DNA from: a virus
Strand: one strand, 5' to 3'
Virus record (IMG/VR): IMGVR_UViG_3300035664_000005
Coordinates: 1 to 64,000 of that record
Length of the DNA stretch: 64,000 nucleotides
The position numbers were made by a program, and so were the translations under genes. This document shows positions 26,802 to 36,715 of the stretch, piece after piece. Below the pieces are notes generated by a model. That model was not told the DNA's origin. It did not search any database and worked only from the letters and a program-made list of their open reading frames with translations. How positions within the stretch are numbered: position 1 is the first letter of the stretch; every line of letters begins with the position of its first letter.

Positions 26802-27215
26802 ATGGCAACTACACAGTCAATAATCAAAAGTATGCCCGAAGATGTGGTGGAACTGATCGCCCGCGTCTTAGGGGACGGGGATGTGGACTCAAACGACAAA
26901 GAGGTCAAGATGCTGTTGCCCGCTAGTCCCGTGGTGGATGTAATTTTGGGCTATATCGGGGTGGGTAGCCCGCCCAAGCAAAGCGATTTGGATCAGGCTC
27001 AAGCGTGGATTGAAGAACAATACAGTTGGCAGGATCGCGCGAGTGCGGTAAAAGACAAACTTCAAGAAATGCAACCATTCGGCGAAGAACAAGCGGTCAA
27101 AGGCGAAATCCCATTGTGGATGAATGCTCCGTGGGCTCAAAAACTGTTATTCTCTTGGTCTGACGGTTTACGAGATGCGGTAATTGACGCAGAGGATTAT
27201 GTGGACAAATTATGA
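26802..27215 (+). CDS. hypothetical protein
   Basis: TAAGGT-N6-ATG leaderless start. Confidence 0.65.
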   Translation: MATTQSIIKSMPEDVVELIARVLGDGDVDSNDKEVKMLLPASPVVDVILGYIGVGSPPKQSDLDQAQAWIEEQYSWQDRASAVKDKLQEMQPFGEEQAVKGEIPLWMNAPWAQKLLFSWSDGLRDAVIDAEDYVDKL

Positions 27216-27595
27216 GTGATGCACCCGTAGAGGACAATCTTGAATCCGCGATGGGCAAGGTTGCTGAGACTTTAGATCCAACACGATCACGGTTGGTTGG
27301 CAAGAAGAAGAAAGACAAGGACGGGACTGAACTTTCTTCAACCGCTCAAGAACAGGTGCTGTTTCGTGCGACCACTGAAGACAAACAGAAGTGGGAAGAA
27401 TGCTCCAAACATTTGGGGATTTCTATGGCTGAGTTTCTGCGTGTTTCCGCAAATGAAAAGGTTGAAAGAAGCACTGCTGTATGTGAACACCCGCAAGAGT
27501 TTCGTAAAATATACCCGTGGAAAGAAGAGTGTTTGAAGTGCGGGAAAGTTTTGTGGGCTAAGAACGACAACGCCAATTATGGGAATCGTCGCTAG
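27212..27595 (+). CDS. RHH-like DNA-binding protein with C-terminal Zn motif
   Basis: QVLFRAT.EDKQKWEE....LGISMAEFLR; CEH...CLKC. Confidence 0.6.
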   Translation: MSDAPVEDNLESAMGKVAETLDPTRSRLVGKKKKDKDGTELSSTAQEQVLFRATTEDKQKWEECSKHLGISMAEFLRVSANEKVERSTAVCEHPQEFRKIYPWKEECLKCGKVLWAKNDNANYGNRR

Positions 27596-27949
27596 TTGAA
27601 GCCCCGCAAACCGCTTAAACGATCGCCACTTAAACGATCAACAAAGCCAATCAGACAGAAGTCGGCAAAGCGGGAAGTCGCTGATGTGGAGAGGCGCATC
27701 TTTGTTGCGATGATGCTGAACAAGCACCCGTATTGTGTTGCGTGTCCTGTGTTCGCTGAACATGATGGTCTTGTGACTTATGTGCGTCGCCCATCTCAGG
27801 ATATCCATGAACTTATCCGTCGGTCTCAGGGTGGTTCTACTGTTAGTGAAAATAACTGTATTGCTGTGTGCCGTCCGTGTCACACACGAATCGGGGAGAA
27901 TCCTCAGTTAGCCTTTGACTTGGGGTTAGCAAAACACTCGTGGGAGTGA
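27596..27949 (+). CDS. HNH endonuclease-like protein
   Basis: CVAC...DIHE..RRSQGG......N...VCRPCH. Confidence 0.7.
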   Translation: MKPRKPLKRSPLKRSTKPIRQKSAKREVADVERRIFVAMMLNKHPYCVACPVFAEHDGLVTYVRRPSQDIHELIRRSQGGSTVSENNCIAVCRPCHTRIGENPQLAFDLGLAKHSWE

Positions 27950-28214
27950 AAGGGGATTTATGTTCTTACTGCTGTGGTTTATCAAACTGATGTGGGTTAT
28001 CGCTTTTGTATCAGTTGTTGCGTTGCTGTCCATACTTGCGATGATACTGATATCCGACTTGAAGGGTTCATGGTATTGGAAGAAACGGGGTTGGTAGTCA
28101 CCCGTAAGCACCCGTGACACTATTTTCGTTTGCGTCCATGTCTGCGTTCATGTTGAACTCCCATGCGATACAACCATATGCCTGCTACTAGTAGGACGAA
28201 ACCTGTTATGACAT

Positions 28215-28751
28215 TCATTTAGTTTTTCCCTTCTTGCAGAAGTCAATATATTTGGTCATTACATAATCAACGAACTCTGATTTTACTATTGCTTCATCGT
28301 GTTCTTTGACAACAGTGAACTCAGGTAAACCTTTATCGTTGTAAACATAAGTTACACATTTGCCTGCACTCTCTCCGTGATACCCGTAGGTCGCTACAGT
28401 CAATGCCTCGGAAACAGGTGAATCAGGATTGTGCTTATATTCGCGTGCTAGATCGCCTCTCTGATAATCACCAATACGGTCTACAGGTTTAAGACGAACA
28501 TAACTATCAACGACAATGCTTACGGTGTCAAACTCTGTTAAACCATCACTGTATGCGTCACTTAACACATCAGGTAACGATTCAAAAGGGTGACCATCTA
28601 CACCGCTTTGACGACATTCAAATACATCGCCTCTTTGAAAGACAACGAAAGACTGCATATCAGTAATGCCATTATCTTCTTGACATACCTCTGTCTTACG
28701 AAGTTGCGCTATCTTTGCGATCTTCTCTACCTCTGACGCTATGTCAATCAT
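28215..28751 (-). CDS. hypothetical protein (probable distant paralogue of 44628..45260)
   Basis: Shared KIA..K..ED, [DE][SG]Y, LA.....SPV.E motifs. Confidence 0.65.
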   Translation of the reverse strand: MIDIASEVEKIAKIAQLRKTEVCQEDNGITDMQSFVVFQRGDVFECRQSGVDGHPFESLPDVLSDAYSDGLTEFDTVSIVVDSYVRLKPVDRIGDYQRGDLAREYKHNPDSPVSEALTVATYGYHGESAGKCVTYVYNDKGLPEFTVVKEHDEAIVKSEFVDYVMTKYIDFCKKGKTK

Positions 28752-29453
28752 TTCTTTACCCGTGTGCCTCTTTTGTCAATCAACAAACATTCTCTATATG
28801 CCTCTGCTCTAGTGTTATGTGATGACACAGGTAAATTATTGTTGAGTGTGTCAATCACCAACCATTTAGTGGAAGGGTATCTATCAGGTGATATGTCGTA
28901 TCTGTAGTTCATTGTGCTCCTATGAATAGTATTAGTAGGGCTAATGTCATTGTTGCTATGCCTAGTAGTGCATCTGTAGTCATGTGTCTAACTATATAAC
29001 AGTAGAGAGTATATGTCAAGTATTACCCGTAGCCACCCGTAGCACTATCTCTCAACACGCCACCTCAAACCTAAAGACCTACGCCTCTCATTAGCCTCCA
29101 ACTTACGAGACCTCTCAGGCTCAGGCAACAACTCATACAAGGCAACACGCTGACGATTCTTACGCTCACGCTCATACTCTCTACGCCTCTCACGCTTAGC
29201 CTTCGTATCCTCACGATGACAGCGTTGCCACTCTCTATGATCAGAATAATTTTTGTAAGGCACGAACAATCCAATACAAAAACAAAACAACAAAACAAAT
29301 CACAAAAGAAGCAACAACATTCTCAAAGTTCGTCACAAACACAAACCACAACAACTGACAAACCCAATACAAAACAACCATCACAAAGAGTAGTGGCACA
29401 AGCACTTTCATAACGACCCCCTTAACGAACACAAATAGTTATGTAAAGTTATG

Positions 29454-29678
29454 CTATTCATAAGCGGGGCTGTCAACCTTTTGGATCGGTTTCTGCTTAC
29501 TGGGCAGTGTTGCGACAAATTTTTTGGTCGGGTTTTGTTTTTTAGGTTTATCTGACGAGGGGCTGTTTGGTTTTGGTTTGTAGATTTGTTCTAGTTGTTT
29601 GATTTCTTTTTGGAGTTGTTTGATTTCTTTGTCTAGTTGGGCGAGTTGTTGGTCTAGTGTTTTTGGTTTTTGTGTCAT
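29454..29678 (-). CDS. hypothetical coiled-coil K/Q/P-rich protein
   Basis: ATGA coupling with upstream gene. Confidence 0.5.
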   Translation of the reverse strand: MTQKPKTLDQQLAQLDKEIKQLQKEIKQLEQIYKPKPNSPSSDKPKKQNPTKKFVATLPSKQKPIQKVDSPAYE

Positions 29679-29992
29679 GTGTTTGTGCTTTCTGTTTGGT
29701 TGATCATGTTGAGGCAGGTGAGGTAGCCGATTGTGTCTAGGAGTGTGTCGTGGTGTAGTTGTCCTTGGTCTAGGTTGGTTTTTAGTCTTGCGAGTTTGAC
29801 GGAGACCATGAAGAGGATTGCTTCGTTGAGGGTGAGTTGTTTTCCTGTGAGTGTTTGGAAGATGTTGATGACTTTGGTGTAGTCGTCTTTGGGGTGTCCG
29901 TAGGTGTTTTGGCGGTCTTGGTTGACGATTTTGTAGGCTTCTTGGAGGATTTCGGTGCCGGGGGTGGGCGTATTTTTTGGTGTGTTGGTCAT
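29675..29992 (-). CDS. DUF6378-like protein
   Basis: ILQEA..IV..DRQ.TYG.P........M..VKLAR......H.D...D.IGY. Confidence 0.75.
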   Translation of the reverse strand: MTNTPKNTPTPGTEILQEAYKIVNQDRQNTYGHPKDDYTKVINIFQTLTGKQLTLNEAILFMVSVKLARLKTNLDQGQLHHDTLLDTIGYLTCLNMINQTESTNT

Positions 29993-30004
29993 GGTCGTTT
30001 TAGT

Positions 30005-30328
30005 TTATCTGTTTAGGGACTGTTGGGGGTCGTTTTTCAAAATTTCGCGCGGCGGTTTTGCCTTTTTTAGGGTTTCGCGTTTTTCTTTGATTTGTTTTTT
30101 GTTTGCTTCATAGAATTTGTCGTGGAAGTAGATTGAGGTTTCTAATGCTTTTTCTATTCCTTTGAGTTGGGTTAATTTTTGGTATATGCGATCGGTGTCT
30201 GGTGCGTTGCCTTTTTCTTGTAGGTTTTTTGCGAGTTGTTTTCGTTGTTTGGTTACGAGTGCGAGGAGCGCTTCCATTTGTGGTTCGCTGACGTTGAGGG
30301 CATATATTTGGCGTTGTCTTTTTTTCAT
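30005..30328 (-). CDS. hypothetical basic protein
   Basis: AAGGA RBS. Confidence 0.55.
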   Translation of the reverse strand: MKKRQRQIYALNVSEPQMEALLALVTKQRKQLAKNLQEKGNAPDTDRIYQKLTQLKGIEKALETSIYFHDKFYEANKKQIKEKRETLKKAKPPREILKNDPQQSLNR

Positions 30329-30338
30329 TTTGTGTTCC

Positions 30339-30560
30339 TTATTGTTCGTTCATGTATTCGCAATATTTTTCAAACGCTCTGTGTGCGATTAGGTTGACTT
30401 CGTCGTCCAACTTGTCGGCAACACTGCCAGAGTTGTCCCATCCTTTGTCTGCCATAATCCAATCAAAGAGTTCCCCTACTGCTCGTTCTAGGAGTTCTAT
30501 TTTCTTTTCTTTTGATTTTGGGATGGCTGGTAGCGTGTGGTCTGTGTACAACATGCTCAT
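30339..30560 (-). CDS. hypothetical protein
   Basis: AAGGAGA RBS. Confidence 0.6.
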   Translation of the reverse strand: MSMLYTDHTLPAIPKSKEKKIELLERAVGELFDWIMADKGWDNSGSVADKLDDEVNLIAHRAFEKYCEYMNEQ

Positions 30561-30574
30561 TGTGTTTTCTCCTT

Positions 30575-31108
30575 TTATAGGTGTGTGAGTTGGTTTTCGT
30601 TTAGTTTAAGTCTTGGACCATAACCGTAGTCGGCTTTTTGGGCGTTTGCAAAAAAATTTTCGCGGCTTGTTCCGCCGATTATTTGGAATTGGGTGTTTGT
30701 CCCTATGTTTTCCCATTGGGCTTTGGGTTGGTTGCACCATACGACTATGCATTGTTCGGTGTCGGGTTTCCATAGCCCATATTTGCAGTGTTCAGGGTCG
30801 TTGATGATCAGGTCTTTTTGGGATGATGTTTTGATTTCGGTTTTTTTGTTGTTTATGGTGGTGTCAAAGCCGTTGTCTGCGCCTACATAGATTTCCCAAT
30901 CTATTTCGGTGTTGTAGTAGCGGGAGATGATCACTTCTCCTGCTTTACCAAGCATGATGATGCCTTTTTCTGTGGCTCCTGCCGTATATTTTCTGTCGGT
31001 TACTTGGTGTTCGTTTTTGTTTGCTTTGCAGAGGTCAGTGAATCTGCGTAGTTGTAGCACTTCTCGGGCTGTGAGGTGCATCAACGGATATTTTGTAGCG
31101 GTTTCCAT
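30575..31108 (-). CDS. PD-(D/E)xK nuclease-like protein
   Basis: GKAGE...D.GFD......EIKT pattern. Confidence 0.55.
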   Translation of the reverse strand: METATKYPLMHLTAREVLQLRRFTDLCKANKNEHQVTDRKYTAGATEKGIIMLGKAGEVIISRYYNTEIDWEIYVGADNGFDTTINNKKTEIKTSSQKDLIINDPEHCKYGLWKPDTEQCIVVWCNQPKAQWENIGTNTQFQIIGGTSRENFFANAQKADYGYGPRLKLNENQLTHL

Positions 31109-31138
31109 GTCGTTGTAGTTTATCTAACGACGGACTGT

Positions 31139-31735
31139 TTATGTCAACGAGTTATGAAGGTCGCTTAACTCGGTTCCTAACCATTCTTTGAATGTGTCGG
31201 GATCGGGGGTGAGAACAGAGATGCCCATGCTGAACACATTGCTTGTTGGGTCGGTCACGATCGCAACAGACACGGGTGGGACTATCTCACCTTTAAGTAC
31301 TTGTTCTGCCCATTCGTTGAATGTGAGTTTGCGTTGCGCGATTGGGTCGTCCCATCCGCCTGTTGTCCAACCGTTTAAAACTTCTGTCCATCCGTCAATG
31401 GTGGTGTTGAAGTGTCCACGCCATGCACTACTGCTAACCCATTCTCTATCAATTTTTAGGTCGGTTCCGTAAAGGTCATCACCGAATTCGGTCATGCGTA
31501 CATGGTTTCCGATGTAATACTTTTTTGTGACTCCTGCGTCTGCGATGTTGACGGTTGATAGAGAACTTTCGTCGCTTTCACGACATCCGAGACAGAGGTA
31601 GTCTTCTTTTACATTGCTCCATCCGTAGTCGTTTTCAACATCTACTTCTTCTGCGCATTCACAACAGGTGTTTTTGATTGTTTCGTCTGTGGTTGTCATG
31701 TTATTTCTGTGCCTCTCTGTCTGCTTTTGCGTCAC
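31139..31735 (-). CDS. hypothetical protein with N-terminal CxxC pairs
   Basis: CCEC, CLGC; S.AWRGH, TSNVFS motifs; start probably ATG 31699. Confidence 0.65.
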   Translation of the reverse strand: MTQKQTERHRNNMTTTDETIKNTCCECAEEVDVENDYGWSNVKEDYLCLGCRESDESSLSTVNIADAGVTKKYYIGNHVRMTEFGDDLYGTDLKIDREWVSSSAWRGHFNTTIDGWTEVLNGWTTGGWDDPIAQRKLTFNEWAEQVLKGEIVPPVSVAIVTDPTSNVFSMGISVLTPDPDTFKEWLGTELSDLHNSLT

Positions 31736-32204
31736 GGATTTCCCACAAACCTTTTTTGAGTTTGCGGAAAGTTGGGGTTTCTTGTAAATATTTGAGGGTG
31801 GTTTGGTAGGAGAAACCGCTTTGCTCGGTTAGTTGTTCGGTGGTGTATTGCTCAAAATGGTGTTCGTTTGCCCATTTCAGGAACTTGTTAAATTTCTGTT
31901 CCCGTGTTTCCACCCGAAGTTCTTCAGGTTTTGCACAAACTTCTTTGCCAAGGTAGTCGGTGACGAGTACGGGGATCACTTGTTCATGGACGCTGTAACT
32001 GTTTAGGAAGATTTCAGGTGCGCCTTTTGCGCCTTCGCTCTGCCATTTTGACAGGACACTTAAACCTCTGTAGATTTCGCTGAGGAATACGCTTTCTTCT
32101 TGGTGTTCTTTTCGCCAAGACCATCCGTCGCCGTACTTTGCGGTTCGTTCCGCAAAAAGTGACTTGAATGTTTCGTTTACAAAACTTTCTGTAAGTTGTT
32201 TCAT
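31701..32204 (-). CDS. hypothetical protein with C-terminal winged-helix-like domain
   Basis: TTEQL.EQSGFSYQT.LKYL....FRKLKKGLWEI; TTGCTT-N17-TAGGAT promoter. Confidence 0.6.
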   Translation of the reverse strand: MKQLTESFVNETFKSLFAERTAKYGDGWSWRKEHQEESVFLSEIYRGLSVLSKWQSEGAKGAPEIFLNSYSVHEQVIPVLVTDYLGKEVCAKPEELRVETREQKFNKFLKWANEHHFEQYTTEQLTEQSGFSYQTTLKYLQETPTFRKLKKGLWEIRDAKADREAQK

Positions 32205-32319
32205 TTTTATCTCCCTGTCTAGATATGTTTATTTATTACAGATGTCATCCTAGCAGCACCACCAACAAAAAGCAACCTTTATTTTTGCCCCATTTTTGGG
32301 GTGTACCTTTAAATGGCGT

Positions 32320-33027
32320 CTATTGGCTTGCTTGTTTCACATATTCTGCGTCTAGGTCATACCCTATATAGCGTCTGCCTAGTTTCCGAGCCATAGATGT
32401 GGTTGTACCTATCCCATTGAAGGGGTCTAGGACAATATCGTCAGGCTGTGTGGTTAGAAGGATGCAGTTTTCTACTAGTTGTGGCGGGAATGGCGCAGGA
32501 TGCGTGGTTTGTCGTTGTGGTGAGATATCCCATATTTCGCCTAGATATTTTGGGTCTATGTTTTCGCGAAATGTTTTCGGCTTGTTTTTAGATAGCCAAT
32601 AGATGTGTTCGGTGTTTGGGAGAAGATGATCCTTGCGTATGTTCGGACTGTTCTTGCGGTTCCAAATGATGAGTTGATAGATGTTTGCGTTTGTTTTGTG
32701 AATGAACTCTGTTGGTAGTCGGGCTTGATTATTGTGTCGCCTTGGTTTGTGGTTGAAAAAGATAGATCCGTCGGGGGTGATGATGCGGTGTAGTTCGTTG
32801 ATTACTTCTATTATCCAGTCTTGATACATTTTTTCTGGCATGTTGTCGTGGTATTCGTTGTAATCAATATTGTGCTTTTGCCATATCTGATTGCTGTTTT
32901 GTGTTTTACCGTTTTGTATACCCTTTTTGTTGTATGGGGGCGAAGTGATAACAGTGTTTATTGTGGAATCAGGAAACTTTTTAAGTTCCTCTAAGGCATC
33001 ACCACATTTTATGAAGTTGGATTCCAT
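32320..33027 (-). CDS. orphan N4-C/N6-A DNA methyltransferase (beta class)
   Basis: TSPPYN ... HPAPFP..L ... VLDPFNGIGTT. Confidence 0.93.
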   Translation of the reverse strand: MESNFIKCGDALEELKKFPDSTINTVITSPPYNKKGIQNGKTQNSNQIWQKHNIDYNEYHDNMPEKMYQDWIIEVINELHRIITPDGSIFFNHKPRRHNNQARLPTEFIHKTNANIYQLIIWNRKNSPNIRKDHLLPNTEHIYWLSKNKPKTFRENIDPKYLGEIWDISPQRQTTHPAPFPPQLVENCILLTTQPDDIVLDPFNGIGTTTSMARKLGRRYIGYDLDAEYVKQASQ

Positions 33028-33055
33028 TCCGTTTAGTTTATCTAACGAGGGACGT

Positions 33056-33601
33056 TCAGGAAGAGAAGAAAGGGTGGAACGGATTCCGACAGTCCGTTTT
33101 GGCGTGAGGTGTTATTTTTATTTCCCATCTAGTGTCTTTAAAAAGTTCAGAAGCGAGGTGTGCGTCTTCTCCTGACAGATACATAACACTGCGATTCATT
33201 GAACCTTGATTGATGGTTTCGTAGTAAGATCCTTCAAGCCTTCCTTCCACATATTTTACTTCTAACGCATCCATCAAAAGACGCCAATCTTCTACTTCTT
33301 CAATGCTGTTTAGAGTATTGAAATCTATATACAAACCTTTGAAGTCGTATGAGCCAAATATTTCCCTTGGGGCTTCAAATGCTATTCCTTCTGTCCCAAC
33401 ACAGATTATTGTGTCGCATTTTTCTACAAGGTCTTTTAAGGTCGCGACTGTTTGAAGACCCGCTCTTTTTGCCCACTTGATTGTGTCGTCTTTCCGCCGA
33501 TATCTAGCAAAATAAGTTTTATGCCCGTTGGCGTTCAGCGACAAGGCAAGTGATCGCCCCATTCTGCCGGGTGAAACGATACCTATGTGGTTTATCGCCA
33601 T
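33056..33601 (-). CDS. NAD(P)-binding Rossmann protein, 6-phosphogluconate/3-hydroxyisobutyrate dehydrogenase N-terminal-like
   Basis: IGIVSPGRMG..LA..L...GH; YID.N; YVEG; YLSG. Confidence 0.7.
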   Translation of the reverse strand: MAINHIGIVSPGRMGRSLALSLNANGHKTYFARYRRKDDTIKWAKRAGLQTVATLKDLVEKCDTIICVGTEGIAFEAPREIFGSYDFKGLYIDFNTLNSIEEVEDWRLLMDALEVKYVEGRLEGSYYETINQGSMNRSVMYLSGEDAHLASELFKDTRWEIKITPHAKTDCRNPFHPFFSS

Positions 33602-33888
33602 GGCGTTGACTCATCTCTCGTTTTTTGTAGCGCTCCGCTGATCGCAAGATTTTTGCCGAATGTGTTTAAAGCGTGTATCACGCCAAGCGGTTCAGGGAAT
33701 CCCAACTTTTTTGCAACAACCTCTAAGGTTTTATTTTCTATGTCCATCCAAGCGCCGAGAACCGCTTGGGCTCCTGTGGTGTTTTCGTCGTAATAGTTGT
33801 TTGCAATAATGTCTATTCCCTGTATCTCCCAAAGTTCGGGATCATGTTTGTCGGTTGTTTGTACACGGGTTATGTTTTTATTTATCAC
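33592..33888 (-). CDS. hypothetical protein
   Basis: Overlapping operonic junctions. Confidence 0.55.
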   Translation of the reverse strand: MINKNITRVQTTDKHDPELWEIQGIDIIANNYYDENTTGAQAVLGAWMDIENKTLEVVAKKLGFPEPLGVIHALNTFGKNLAISGALQKTRDESTPWR

Positions 33889-34699
33889 GAGATTCCTCTA
33901 TTTTTTTTGCTTGTTTATAGAGTATTACAGAAGGGGCTAGAAAGGAATCTATTCTGCTGTCTCTTTGAAAACGAGAAAAAACTTCTTTGAGTACGGATGA
34001 TTTAATTACGAAATCTTGGGGTGTGTGTCGGGAAATGTCTAATTCGTACTTTTGGCTTATGCAACGAATTGTGTCGTTTTCCTCAATTTTGGAATTTACA
34101 TAGTCTTGGTGCATTTGTTTTATTTTTTCAAAACCGACAATATGGATGTTGTCGTGATTTTGTAGAACAAAATTTGTCCACCTATTGTAGTAGTTGATTA
34201 TTCTTGTTAGGTGATAAAAATTGATTTCACCACTTGAAAGAAAATCGTGTAGTTGTGATTCATTTTCTTCTCTTTGTAGGTGTTCGCTGAAAAGCGAGGC
34301 AAGACTTTCGTATGGGTCTCGTATTGTCAGCAAAACAATCTCATTATTATTAATTGATTGTTTTGTGATTTCGGTATTGTGCAGAAGAGGCAATGGAACA
34401 TTTGCTTCCTGAAATATCCTGAGCATCAGGTTTCTGAAGGTTGTGTTCCCCTGATGGGGAAGACCATCAATATGAAATGTGTATTTAGCGTCTGATATTT
34501 TGCGAGTGAGTGTTAAATCCGATATGTGATTGTCTGATTTTAAAACAAATCTTTTAAATTCGTATCCGTTGTCCTCGGAGTGTGTTTCGGTTTTCCACAT
34601 CCCGCTACTATCTATTGGAAAATCAAAAGTCCATTCTTTTGTGTCCTTCCTAAATACCCATTCACCATGATATTTTTCTGGAACAAAATTTTCTTTCAT
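33878..34699 (-). CDS. sulfotransferase-like P-loop protein
   Basis: DGLPHQGNTTF (PSB-loop-like) and IRDPYESLAS (3'PB-like), ..Y..W..F, FE. Confidence 0.55.
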   Translation of the reverse strand: MKENFVPEKYHGEWVFRKDTKEWTFDFPIDSSGMWKTETHSEDNGYEFKRFVLKSDNHISDLTLTRKISDAKYTFHIDGLPHQGNTTFRNLMLRIFQEANVPLPLLHNTEITKQSINNNEIVLLTIRDPYESLASLFSEHLQREENESQLHDFLSSGEINFYHLTRIINYYNRWTNFVLQNHDNIHIVGFEKIKQMHQDYVNSKIEENDTIRCISQKYELDISRHTPQDFVIKSSVLKEVFSRFQRDSRIDSFLAPSVILYKQAKKIEESRDK

Positions 34700-35448
34700 C
34701 TCGTATTGCTCACTCCGCCGTCAACAACAAGGGTTGATCCCAAAACATAATCTCCTGCCTGTGATGCCAAATATACAACGGCGCCAACAATGTCTTCTGG
34801 TGTTCCTGTTCGCCCAACAGGAATGTATTTTGCTGTCTCGTATGGGTAGTCGCGGGCATATTGGTTCATGTTTGATGGGAATGCGCCGGGGCATACCGCG
34901 TTTACCGATATGCCATCTTTAATGAGTTCTATAGACATTTGGCGTGTCAAATGCAGTAGTCCTGCTTTACTTGCGTGATAGCCATAGGAGTGATCTTGGT
35001 CTAACGTGAGTGCGTTAATTGATGAAATGTTGATCACTTTTGCTAAACGATTATTTAGCGAGTGCGATTTTTTTAAAGACCTATGAAACCGTTGAGTTAA
35101 AAACATCGGGGTTTTCATATTAATATCTACTGCTGTTTCCCAATTTTGTTCGGTGAAATCCTCAAAACTTTTTGCACCCGCACTACGACCAGCGTTGTTG
35201 ACGAGTATGTCTATGTGTGTTTCTTTTTCTTCTACCTGAGAAACAGCCCTATCTATTCCTTCAAGAGTTGAAAGGTCTTCTTTTATGTATGTGACACGGG
35301 TTCGTTCTTGTAACGGGTCATGTACAGAAATGTTGTAGACACGAGTACAACCGAATTTAACTAACCCCCTTGAGATCATTTCACCAATTCCGCTTGAACC
35401 ACCTGTTACAACGGCTACACGACCTTCAAGAGAAAATAGATCTTTCAT
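34696..35448 (-). CDS. short-chain dehydrogenase/reductase (RhlG-like)
   Basis: TGGSSGIG, NNAG, NISS, YHASK, VNAVCPG.FPS, VDGG. Confidence 0.93.
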   Translation of the reverse strand: MKDLFSLEGRVAVVTGGSSGIGEMISRGLVKFGCTRVYNISVHDPLQERTRVTYIKEDLSTLEGIDRAVSQVEEKETHIDILVNNAGRSAGAKSFEDFTEQNWETAVDINMKTPMFLTQRFHRSLKKSHSLNNRLAKVINISSINALTLDQDHSYGYHASKAGLLHLTRQMSIELIKDGISVNAVCPGAFPSNMNQYARDYPYETAKYIPVGRTGTPEDIVGAVVYLASQAGDYVLGSTLVVDGGVSNTR

Positions 35449-36293
35449 CCCCGAATCTCTGATACACCACCGTCTACAACAAGGTGTGCACCGACACAGT
35501 AGTCTCCCGCGCGGGAAGCAAGGTATGTGATCGCCGCAACGATGTCATCTTTGTGCCCGAGTCGTTTTGCGGGGATTCTTTGCGTTACCTGAAGTCGGTT
35601 TGCTGGATTAACTTCGTTGGGTGTCGTATTGAATAATCCAACGGTTATAGATGAGACAACTATTTTGTGACGAATGTATTGCACAGCAAATGATTTTGAT
35701 GCATGGTTTATGCCTGCGTTGCTTGAACTGAAAGCAAAGTTGGATATCTGTGGCGGGTTTATTCCGTCAACGGTAGAGATGTTGATTACTTTCCCATAAA
35801 TTTGTTCCGTTGAGATGCTTGTTCCTTCATCAGGGTTTGTTGATGCTTTTAGAAGGGGGAGAAATTTTTCTGTGAGTTTTATTGGTGCTTCTAGGTTGTA
35901 TTTGATTACTTCGTCCCAATTTTCCGAAGCGTAAAGCGAGGAATTAATGAGAATATTGAGGCTTGGCTCAAGGGCACTGATTTCGCAAAATAGTTTTTCT
36001 CGCCCCTCTTCCGTGGTTATGTCGCACTGTATTGGGATGATGTTTTTGTAAATGTTTTCAAGCCGTATTTTCTCATCTTTTTGGTATTCAGCCAAAATTG
36101 ACTCTTCGTGCGAGTATTCCAATTTGTCGTAATCATCAACTTCAATTGTTCGCGGGGTAAATGATTCTTTATCGGCGACATAGACACGAGATGCACCCTG
36201 TTCAATCAAGCCTTCGGCGATCATCCAGCCGTACCCGCTCAGTCCACCCGTTAAAAGCGCGGATCTGTTTTCTAATGAAAATAATGTGGTCAT
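35445..36293 (-). CDS. SDR paralogue with degenerate catalytic motif
   Basis: TGGLSGYG, INISTV, FSSSN in place of YxxxK, YLASRAGDY..G..LVVDGG. Confidence 0.85.
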   Translation of the reverse strand: MTTLFSLENRSALLTGGLSGYGWMIAEGLIEQGASRVYVADKESFTPRTIEVDDYDKLEYSHEESILAEYQKDEKIRLENIYKNIIPIQCDITTEEGREKLFCEISALEPSLNILINSSLYASENWDEVIKYNLEAPIKLTEKFLPLLKASTNPDEGTSISTEQIYGKVINISTVDGINPPQISNFAFSSSNAGINHASKSFAVQYIRHKIVVSSITVGLFNTTPNEVNPANRLQVTQRIPAKRLGHKDDIVAAITYLASRAGDYCVGAHLVVDGGVSEIRG

Positions 36294-36301
36294 TATCTCT
36301 C

Positions 36302-36715
36302 CTATTTCTTTTGTAGGGGAAATCTTAGTGCTTTTCTCTCGTTATGCCAGCGGGCGAGCCCATTGTTGTAGTTGTACTGTTTTTGTAGTTTTTCTTCTTT
36401 TTTGCGCTGTTGCTCGCCCAATACCATCAATGCGTGATGCCCGCTAAGGGTGATTTGGTAAACATATTTTATATATCCAAATTCTTTTGTTTTTATAAAG
36501 TCCTCAAGTCGGCTTTTCTCTAAATAGCCACACCTGACCAAAGAAAGAAGGTTCGCATCAATTCTCTTGGGGGGAACCTGATCTAAAACAAAATTTCTGT
36601 AATCTCCTGAAGTGAAAGGATTGTCTCTCCTGAACCTGCCGTAACACAAAATCCTGTAAGAACCTGAACCGTAACGCAGGTATTTGGCTGGATTGTTTAT
36701 GGGGGTATTTTTCAT
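36302..36715 (-). CDS. winged-helix-like protein
   Basis: L..LVRCGYLEK ... YQIT.SG..AL. Confidence 0.5.
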   Translation of the reverse strand: MKNTPINNPAKYLRYGSGSYRILCYGRFRRDNPFTSGDYRNFVLDQVPPKRIDANLLSLVRCGYLEKSRLEDFIKTKEFGYIKYVYQITLSGHHALMVLGEQQRKKEEKLQKQYNYNNGLARWHNERKALRFPLQKK

